A DNA stretch of 64,000 nucleotides from Eledone cirrhosa (Eukaryota), in NCBI GenBank assembly GCA_964016885.1, contig OZ024748.1, forward strand, positions 3,658,001 through 3,722,000, read 5' to 3'. The stretch's first letter is position 1. Each line of letters begins with the position of its first letter. The translations under genes and the position numbers were made by a program. This document shows, piece by piece, positions 39,921 through 51,300 of the stretch. The notes under the pieces were generated by a model, which ran no database searches, was not told the DNA's origin, and was given only the letters and a program-made list of their open reading frames with translations.

Positions 39921-42900
39921 AGTCCGTTTCTCTGCCAGCAAGGGCTGGATAGTGTGTGTGTGGCCTACTGAATGACATCCTTTGTTTTTTGTTGGTCTAG
40001 TCCAGCATGAGTGGAAGCAGGTAGGTATCCCAAATTTTTATAGAGACTCGACCCCTTCAATTGTATCCTTGACTCCGGGCAGGTGCAAAAATAAACACGA
40101 TATCGACAATAAAGAGTAATTATATATAAATCAGAAATTTGTATTTTATTGTATTATTTCATGTATTTACATTTCTTGTACAAACGTCAGACTTTGGTCC
40201 CTGTTCAATTGACCCCCTTACAAGAAATAAATAAAAGAAAATATACTTGCTCCCAAGAATGTGAAACATGTATATTCATACATCCATGTGAATGTTGGAA
40301 TTATTTTTATAACACAAATGTTTCAAATACAACTATTAAAATGTGAAGAGAAATTGTTTTGTTTCTTCTGCATAGTGCTTCATATAACATTGAATGAATA
40401 GAAGTAAACATGCACAGACAAGTACACCAGGTCCAAACACAGGGGAGCTGAACTCTCACCCTCCTCATTTCTCACTACTATGAGCAAACCTGGTCCCACG
40501 CGCTGGCAGCCCCAAGGCCCTGGCGGACAGAATAGAGAAGGCGTTTCCCCAGAGTATGTCGAGGGAGATACATCGGAAGAGCTATTCCATCAAGCGAGGC
40601 TCACATCTGTGATCAGCCAGCTCAGCGCCAGTAGTGGTGAGTAGGGATGTAAGCCTGAGGACCAAGGACACCAGGTGTCTCTACTGGTAAGGGCTCCACA
40701 GCAATAGTTGCATTGTAAAATTTCAAAACTATTTTATATGGTTTCGTTATATGAAGGTAATGAAGATATATATCAGTTTCACGCTTAATATAAGGAATAT
40801 ATATCAGCATAGCCCAATGGACAAGTTTTTTTTGCAATCACCAGGTACCAGCTTTGATCCCACTGTGCTTGTCTGATGGACTGTAATTTTTATTCAAAAG
40901 GCCCATATGCCACATGCTGTTATGAACAGACTGTTGATCTAACAGCTGGGACTGTCATCTGAGAAACTAATGGGGTCCCTTCTATATGAAGGCACAATGG
41001 CTCCCATTAAGTAGCTTTATTTGTCAAACCTCATGGTCACTAGCTCAACTTTACTATTGTGCTGCTACAACCTTTGTGTTATGACCCTGAGCAGAGTACT
41101 TAATTCTGTTGTCAGAGTTTGCCTGACAAAGAAAATAAAAAAATTTCAAAGGTTCCACTCCTCCATTTCACAGCTGAGACTAACCATGGCTTTTACTGTA
41201 GAAAATAATTACTGAAAAATATTCTACATGTCCCTAACATACCATTTAACCAAATGGTAAACAACTACTGCTTCTTATTCATTTTTATCTACAATCCATT
41301 ATTTCTTTATATTGTATGACCCATGCTAGGGAAAATAATAAAGATTTGAAGATGCACCTAACCTAATGTTTTTTTTATATATACATGTAATGAGATGGCT
41401 GGGTCATGTGTTGAATGATGAGTGATGGGAATAGTCAGTGATGATTGCTGTAAAGATAAATGTAATGAGATGGTTGGTCATGCTTTTGTGGAATGACTAG
41501 TGACTGGGTGATGGTGAACTTGTGCATGTGTTTACTGGTATATTGAGTTGTGCCCCTTTGGGTGAAAATGCAACACGGCAAGCTTATATATGTAGAAATG
41601 AATTAAATATGCCTCCATACAGAGATCAATATTTATTGAAAGTATTGCTCCAGCATGGTCGTAATCCAATAACTAAAATCAGTACAGAAATAAAAATAAT
41701 TTTAGACACATTTGAAACCACAGTCATCGACATTAATAGGTTCACTACTACTACAAGTATCGGGTATTCTGTTGTGTAATGGTCTAACCAGTTTCAAACT
41801 AAATCCATCCTGATTTATATATATATGTCTAAACCCATGCTAGCGGGGAAGATAGACGTTAAACGACGATGATGATGATGATGGTGTGTGTTTGTGCGAG
41901 AACTCCCCTCACCCCCCACAATCCTCAAGCAATTGTACATCAACAGTAATAATAATGTCCCACACTTGCAAGCAGGGAAAAGTGGACATAAAATGATGAT
42001 ATATATATAGCTTCCACAGCATGTACGTTTCAAATTATAGCTTGTTTTGCTGCCAAAAAGCTGACATTTTACATAGGGGCACATTTCTTCCAGAATGTCG
42101 TGAACTTTTTTTGATAGTTTTTATAAAGCCAGGTACTACTGCTGGTGTCTATATATAAATATAGTCTTTATAAAGCCAGGTACTACTGCTGGTGTCTATA
42201 TATAAATATAGTCTTTATAAAGCCAGGTACTACTGCTGGTGTCTATATATAAATATAGTCTTTATAAAGCCAGGTACTACTGCTGGTGTCTATATATAAA
42301 TATAGTCTTTATAAAGCCAGGTACTACTGCTGGTGTCTATATATAAATATAGTTGTCCTTCGCAGGTGCTCTAGGACCGAAACCCTCGCGAAGAGTGAAA
42401 AACTGCGAATATTGGACGTGGTCCATAAAAATGCCTAAAAACATCAAAATATAATAAAAATAGAGGTCGCATCTTATGGCGAAGGGGTGTCCAATAGGCT
42501 GGCAAATACGGTATATTTAAAAAATTGTGGAAGATATTTACGATTCTGTGAATTACGAACAAATATTAGTTAGGTTCTACGGAAATTTCCGCTAATACTG
42601 GGGGTACACTATATATATTCTTTTTCGTTTCTGTTTCTGCTCACTCTATCTTTTTATTTCTTTAGTTTCTTATTCTATATTTTGATGGACCAACATTTGA
42701 ATTGTTAAAACTATTCCTTATATTAAGCGTGAAACTGATATATATCTTCATTTAACCTCATCGTCTGTTGTTTTTTCCGTATACTTTTTAAATATATACA
42801 CATGCACGTGTGTGTGTATGATAGCATACACACAACTGCCTATGGTCGAGGGGGTGGGGAACTAATTGTAGAACCTAAAGCTTTCTTCTTCATCACTCAG

Positions 42901-44679
42901 TAATAATTATATTGATTATTTATTTTCACTACTGATATTAATATTTTTATCTTTTATATTCAGGCTTTTAACAAGTTAGCGAAAGAATATCATCCCGACA
43001 AAAATCCAAATGCTGGGGATAAAGTAAGTATTTTCTTAAATTTTAATAATTAAATCATCTTTTTTTAAATTGAAATCATTGAAATAAACCTACATTTCCT
43101 GTTATGTATTAGCTGGATGTGGGAAAATGGCCTTAACCATTTAACATTTACATTACTCTATGTATACTATTATATTTTCACAGTATAGGCTTTATCTCAC
43201 ATAATATCGAATCTGAGATTTTGATGTTACTTATTTTGAGAACAATACTTTAACATAAGTATGAGTGGCCAGTTACAGCTGGTTTGAACAAAGAGGTGAG
43301 AGAATTCCAGTCAAATACGGCCTGTTTAAATGCTAAAGGGTTAAAATGTTTGTTTATGTCTACAATTTTTAAGCACATTTAGAATGGTAGGTAAGCAAGG
43401 AAGTTAAACCTAAAAATAACATGCCTGTCTGTGGTAGCCCTAGGTCCTAGACAGCTATGAACATGACCACAACAATTATTAACAATTCTGCTTCAGTTTT
43501 GAACTCTGACCTGCAGCCATATGTGGCATCTCCAACTTTGAGTAGCTGCATTAAAATAACTGAAAAGAATTAACCACTTAGTATTTAAACCGGCCGTAAC
43601 CAGCCAGAATTCTCTCACCTTTTTCTGTTTAAACTGACCGTAACTGGCCACTTTTGTTAAGGTATTGTTCTCAAAATAAATAGTATCAAAATCTCATAGA
43701 TTCGATGTTATGGGAGATAATTATGCAAGATAAAACCTTCACCTTGAAAATACAATAGTATATATAGAGTAATGTAAATGGTAAAGGGTTAAACCTGACA
43801 CAAAATATAGGTTATTGGTTATATATCTCAAGTTAGAAAATAAAAATCTCTTGTTTGTTACATTGCATATATACATATATATATCCAGGGAGTGTAACGT
43901 GAAGTTACTGTAGGTCCACCCAGGTGAGCACGATGTTTAGATTCACGTTAGTAGCCAGGTGTAGAGCTAGACGGTGTAATATAATACAAGGATGATTGGT
44001 TAAGCCTTCATATTGATTGGTGACGTACGTTTCACTATTGATCAGCTCAAGCTTCGATTATTATATGTATATATGTGTACACACACACACACATATATGT
44101 TAGTTTCCGTGTGTCTCAGTGAATTGAACAAAATATTCTTTCATCATTCAAAATCTACAGCAATATTGTAAGACAACTACTGATTCACGCAGAAAGTGGT
44201 GTAAATAATAGTAAAGAGAGATGGTGGGATATAGTCATTGTTGGTGGTGGGATGTTGGTATCCCAGACCAGTAGGTCTAAAGTATGTTCAGATGGGGTTG
44301 GAATCAAAAGTATCTGATTTCTTTTTCCATCCAGATATGTGAGAGCCCATGGCCTAGTGGTTAGGCTGTTGAACTCATGGTCATAATATGATGGGTTTGA
44401 TTTTTTTGACTGGCTGGCATATTGCTTCATTTCCTGTTGCTTTTCATAATAGGATTGAGGATGTTATTATTAAAATATGACAAATCTCATAGGTTTGAGC
44501 TGTAAATTTCAAAATGTATGTATATATATGTGTGTGTCTGTGTACACACACACACACACACACATAGTGTCCCAAAAATGTATACACACTTTGATTACCT
44601 GTACAGGCAATATTAGAATGATGTTGAAGGTGTATACAAATTTTGGGGACACCCTGTGTGTGTATATATATATATATAT

Positions 44680-44726
<47 letters not shown>

Positions 44727-45262
44727 TATACACATATATATAAGGCAAATTGGCAGGGTTGTTAGAATGTCGGAATATTTTGCACTATTTGTTCTGGCTC
44801 TCTGCACTCTAAACCCGCTTAGGTCAGCTTTGCATTTCATTCTTTCGAGGTCAATAAAAAAAATACCAGCTCAGTACTGGGGTTAACACCCCACCCCCTC
44901 TCATTTAAAAACCATTCCTACTTCTGTTTTGTCTTTATCAGTTCAAAGAAATCAACTACGCTAATGAAGTTCTTTCCAATCCTGAAAAAAGAAGGATCTA
45001 TGACCATTATGGTATCCAGGGATTACAAGACAGTGTTGGTTCAGGTATTACAGAATTTTGATCTCTTAAAAATTGTCTATAATGTATTTAAATAATGTAT
45101 TTAAACTCCCTGTAATGATTGAGCTGAGGATATTTGAAAACATGTTTGTTAATTTATATCAGAGGTTCTCAAACTCTATTATATTCCCAGACTGATCAAT
45201 ACCTTGAGAGGGAATTTGATATACAAACTGTATGTATGTAAGTGTGTGTGTATGTATGTATG

Positions 45263-45301
<39 letters not shown>

Positions 45302-48300
45302 TATTAGTACAAATTAAAGTTTAAGCAAAGAATTTCTGCTTCCACCCTAAACGGGATCTTCTGAAACTGAGAAAAAATAAATCTGCAGACACAGAAGTAA
45401 ATATTTCAAAAAACGTTACAACCAAAAGAATATATATATATATATATATAAAGCAATGAGTTATTTAATTTGTTGGTTATTCAAAGCACTCTACAGATTT
45501 CTTCTGGAGTATAATATCAATAATATTAATAAATGGAAACTATCTTTATAAAATCATATTCATTTTATTATATATATTTCAAGAGTACCAAAATGATGAG
45601 AGCTTACCGAAAATTTTGGTACCCTTGAAATATATATAATAAAATAAATATAGTTTTATAAAGATAGTTTCCATTTATTGACATACATGCATGCATGGTC
45701 AATGTTTTAAATACTTTGTCATTTACATTGTATTTCGGCTCTACTATACTTGTTATTTTACATTGAGCTATTTTCATACTTGTAATTGGGTAATACTTAT
45801 TATTATCCACATATATATATTTGTGTGTGACTGTATGTATTATGTGTCTTGGTGCTTAGCAGTTCAACAAAAAAAAATAAAGCTTTGACAGAATATGTAC
45901 CAGACTTGAAGAAATAATTACCGGTATCTATATAACTAAATCTCTCTAAGATGGTGACTGAGATGGCTGTAACCAGAAAAGCAATAAATTAAAAAATATT
46001 GTTAATGTATATTTATTTATTTTAAAATTTTATTTTTATTCTAGGAGCATTTCCATTTAGGGATATGTTTGGCGGCATTTTTGACATGGGTTTTATGGGC
46101 CATCATCACCGACATGGGCGTCGCAAAGGAGAGGATGCTTACCATAAATTACGGTAAATTATGAAGCTTGTTTTTATGTTGATATTTAGTATCCACTAAT
46201 GTAGTAGTAGCCTTATGCATTTGTCTGTTACGCACTAGAGATGACTGAGGAAGGAAGTGGGGATAATATCGACTGAGGAAGGAAGGGCTGTGTTTGTATC
46301 ACTTGTGTGAGTGAGCGCAAAGGAACCAACAAACAAACAAACATCTCTTTTTTATATATTATGTATAGATATTACAATTAGCTGTCATTTTTATGGCTTG
46401 GAGCTAGCTAGTAAATAGAGGGAGTAAATTAGTAAGGTTGTTAGAACATTGGATTAAGCCTTTAGCATTTAAACTGGCCGTATCTGGCCAGAATTCTCTC
46501 GCCTTTTTCTGTTCAAACCGGCTGTAATCAGCCACGCATACTGATGTTAAAGTATTGTTTTAGATTCAGTATTGTCAGATAAAGCCTTTACTGTGAAAAT
46601 ACAGTAGTAAATATAGAGTAATGTAAATGCTAAAGGGTTAAAATAGGTGATTTTGGCTGGGTTGGTATAGTGTTAAAAGCCTAGGTATTTGTTCTGGCTC
46701 TCTACTTTTACATCTTATCCTTTTGGGGTCAATAAAGAATTAGTCCAAAGTAGCATTGGACATGATACCTTGTGGTGTTTCTTTCAGTCCGAGTTCACTT
46801 GTGATGACACTTCTATTGGACAACATTGGTGGTGTGGGGGAAACATTTGGCATGAATGGGTGATTGCTGGTCTTATCAAGCTATATTGGCCATTACCTTT
46901 CCTGTTGACAACATGTATAAGGAAAACACATGTACCCCTTTCTTGAACTTAAACATCAGGGAGACTCGGTGTGATACAAGGCTGGCTCTTTGAATTATAG
47001 ATACAACTCATTGCCAGCTGAGTGGACTGAAACAATGAGAAATAGTCTTGCTCAAGGATACAATGTGCTGTTGGAAATCACAATATAATTGTGCCCCCAC
47101 CCCCCACTACTAGGCACCTTCACATGCACACACTCATACTCATACATACACACTATTTAACTACAAATCATGATGAAGTAAACTGTAAATGTATTTACTT
47201 TTATTCTTGGTAACAATAAAGCTAGAAAAATATAAGACTATACTTGTATATATATATATATGTGTATGTATGTGTGTGTGTGTGTGTGTGTGTGTGCATA
47301 TCTCTATTTTTGTACTCCTGAAGAAAGGCTATAGCCCAACACATCAAACTGTCTTTCCCCTTTTCCATATAAAGCGTGTAACTAAGATTTTTTTTGTTCC
47401 TCTGTTGTTTCCTTGAACTATATATATATGTGTGTATAGATGTGTATGTGTGTATGTATGTATATATATATATATATATATAGTCTTGACTAGTGTAGTA
47501 ATTTAAAAAATTTATATTTGTTGTGTTGTTGATTCAGTGTTGGTTTATTATATTTTCAGAGTAAATCTAGAAGACCTTTACAATGGTAAAACCTCTAAAT
47601 TACAATTAACTAGAACAGTCACTTGTAAAAAATGTAATGGGTAAGTAGAATGTTATATCACTTAATTTTCTAATTTCTTTTGTTTGTTTCCTTTTTTAAC
47701 CCTTTAGCATTCGCATTAATTTTCATGCTTATCTGTTCGCATTTATTTTGAGTTAATCACGCTCAAGAGGGTTATCAATTTCATTTGTTTGTAATTTTCT
47801 TAATTTTCTATGTGCAGACTTGAAATTTTGTCTGATATTAAAATATCAATAATTTACAATTGTATATTTTTACCGATTTTTGTTGTTGTTATATTTGACT
47901 TTTATGGGCAGGTGAAATTAATTAACAGGTGTAAAAGTAATGACTTTATGGATAAACACAAAAATTAAAACTTTATCTGACTTACCTGCTAGATTTGTTA
48001 CAAAGAAATCCAACAATGACCTAGATGTTGACTTCCAACAATTTTAGCACATTTCCGAACAGGTGAATTAATTTAAAATGCAGGTATAATCAGTACACGG
48101 TTTTAGTCTGTCTCTACATTTCATGCAAATATTTTCATTGAAAAAAAATGTATAAAACTCTTTCACCAGTCAGAATAATATTGGCAATGTACTCTTACAC
48201 AAGGTACTGAGTAGATTTATATAACAGAATGTGCCCAATATATAAGTTCATTAACAGGTGTGCCCAATATATAAGTTCATTAACAGGTGTGATGCAGGTG

Positions 48301-51300
48301 TTTTTGTATCTAATGTGTTCCAATATATTTTTAAAATATTTTTTTCAATATTGTCAGACAATATTTCTATCATTGGTCAAAACAGCCTTTACATAATGGC
48401 ACTTAGCAAAAAGAACACATAAACGTGGTTTGAATTCCATAACCTCTAACAGTTTTTCTCTTTTGCAAAGAGCACATTCGGCAAACCTTCTTCCTCCCAT
48501 TAATTTTCCCCACTTTGTGAAAATCAATATTTTCCGTGTTTACCTCAGATAATTTCGACTTTCTCCCAGGTTTGTGTTTACGAGAAGAATATTTTCCACG
48601 TAGCTGAGAGGCAACGTCTACACGAAATTTCATGTGGCAGTAGTCCTTTGGTGATGGCGGATTCTTGTGGCCTTTAGTGAATACAATAAAAGAATTCACA
48701 ATGGTTAAATTCACTAAAAACCACAAGATATATCTCCACCATTTCTTCCCAGAGCGTCCAACTGGGTAGTAGGCGCAATATTGGTCGGATTTGTCAACCC
48801 CACCCATATATTTATTATAGGAGAGGTTGACTAAAGGTTTACCTTCAGCCCCAACTCCTGGTTCTTGGTTAGACGATAGGAACAAAATTTGCCGCTTGTC
48901 TTTATACAATGTGGCTAACAAGTTCCCTTTTTGCAATTGGAGAATGCCCCCTCTCTTTTTAAATTTTGTGATTTTCGTTTCTTGGGGTAGCCCTTTGTGA
49001 TTCCCCATTATTGTACCGCAGGTGTACGTATTTACGAGGGCAAGATCCTCTGCTTGACGCACTGAAGAAAATAAACGATCAAAATATGTGTCTGTGCTGA
49101 GAGTGAAAGGGTTCAGTCAGAGACCACACAACATAGTACCCCAAGCCATATTTTCTCTCTCCGTTGTGTTTCTTTCCTGTGTAAACATCAAAGTTTACAC
49201 AGTAGCTTGTGTCCGATTCACAAAGTTCACACACCTTGATGCCCCATTTAGTGGGTTTAGCTGGCATGTATTGTCTAAAATGAATCCTACCCTTATACCC
49301 AATCATAACTTCATCAACACTAAGAATGCCGAGAGCATTTTAATTACTGGTCGAACTTTATACAGAGGGTCATAATTGAAATCATTTCTACCAGACGCAT
49401 TTGAAGTATCAACCAGATGCAAATATTGGTTTAATTTCAAATATCTTGTTTTTGGCATAATACTCAATATATAAGCGTCGCTAAACCTTATATCAGTACT
49501 CCAGTAATTCCACAGTCTTGGAAATTGTTTTATACCAAACATAATGTTTATGGTAAAAAACGCTTGCATCTCCGCAGCATCTGTAGGTCGCCATAACTGA
49601 TCGGGTTTTCTTCGATATGAAATCTGCTGTTGGGCATATCGATTCGTCGCTTTTGCCACAACTTCGAAGAAAGTTTGTGGCAAAAACAAAAAGAAATAAT
49701 CAAGTGCTTTAGCATCGGGAGGCAATATATGCTGTGGACCAGTATTTTCAACAAAATCAGGAACATGTATTGGTGTGGTATTTTTCGACCATGTTGCTGA
49801 AATATCTTCAATGGCGCCCTGGAGATCTGCTTTGCTTTCACTTTCAAAATAACAATCTTCGTCGGACGAAATTTCAGAAATATAAACATCAGATTCATTT
49901 GATGATATATCACTAATATTATCTTTCGTTTCTTGTTCATTCTGAATGTCATCTTGTGTAAAACCTTCAAAGTCGGTATCGCTACTTTCAGAAGCAATGT
50001 TGATACAAAAAAAATTTGTTGCACTTTCAAAGTTAAAAAAAACACGTGTTGCTTTAACTTGTTTCACTATATTGTTAATTTTCGAGGTAAAGGCCTAATC
50101 TTGCAGTAGTTTCGAATTGACGAGATTTTGATGATGGTTTGTTTATTTTTAGAACAATATTTTAGTGTAGGTGTTTTCGGGCGCTTTCGGGCAGTTTGAA
50201 CAAATGAAGGGGAAATAATTTTGGGCGCTTTCGGGCGGTTTGAACACTAAAGGGTTAATTGATTTGGAGAATTGGCAGCTGGGACCTCCTTTAGTTCCAG
50301 TAGGTTACAATAGGTTTTGTTGTCGAACCCATACTGGAGGAATCTTTACCCTCTTACTTGCAACTATTCAGATGGATATGGCTATCAACGAACCATCTAT
50401 TGATGGCTATCTACAGATCATCTTACTACTTGCAACCATTGGTACAGAGATGGTTATCTTACAGATCATCTTACTACATAAACTATTGGTACAAAGAAGA
50501 CTATTAATGAACCATCTCACTACTTATAACCATTGGTACAAAGAAGGCTATCTACAGATCATCTTATTACTTACAGCCATTGGTATAGAGATGGCTAGAC
50601 ATGAACCTCCCTGAAGGTATGCATGTTTGTGGAATGCTCAGCCACTTGTATATTAATTTCACAAGCAGGCTCTTCTGTTGATCGTATCAACAGGAATACT
50701 CGTCATTGTTGTGTGTAATTTCACTATATAAATTGTTTTTGAAGTTTCTCTACTTTGGAACATTTGTTTTATCTTTTTAGACTTGGTGGCAAACTTGGCT
50801 CAGTAATAGTAACCTGTCGGGGTTGTCATGGACTGCGAATTAAGAAAACTATGCGCCAGCTAGGACCTGCTATGGTACAAGAAATACAGACTACTTGCCC
50901 AGACTGTAATGGGGATGGTTAGTATGTTTCAAATTATATTCATTTAACCCTTAAGCATTTACATTTACTCTATATTTACTATTGTATTTTCACTGTAAAG
51001 GCTTTATCCCACATAATATCTATTCTATGAGATTTTGATTTTATTTATTTTGAGAACAATACCTTAACATCGGTATGAGTGGCCGGTTTTAACAGAAAGA
51101 GGTGAGAGAATCCTGGCTGGATATGGTCGGTTTAAATGCTAAAGGGTTAACATTGGTCACAATTCATGAAAAAAATCTATCCTAGATATATTTACTTATT
51201 GGATGTTTTTTTTCTCTCTCTTTTGTTAGTTTTATTGTTAAGGAATCAAGTTTTATTTTGTACATTTTTCAGGAAATTGCATTCTTGAGAAAGACAAGTG

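Noticed and set aside
42115-42353. CRISPR-like array
   Set aside because: Units are contiguous and identical with no spacers; no cas genes; eukaryotic intron
48403-50067. Domesticated PGBD gene or DNAJA-transposase fusion (CSB-PGBD3-like)
   Set aside because: Two frameshifts and a premature stop, TIRs and TTAA retained, and antisense to the host gene
44960-50840. A-to-I recoding restoring the divergent DNAJA residues
   Set aside because: AAT (Asn) to Tyr and CGA (Arg) to Gly cannot be produced by A-to-G changes
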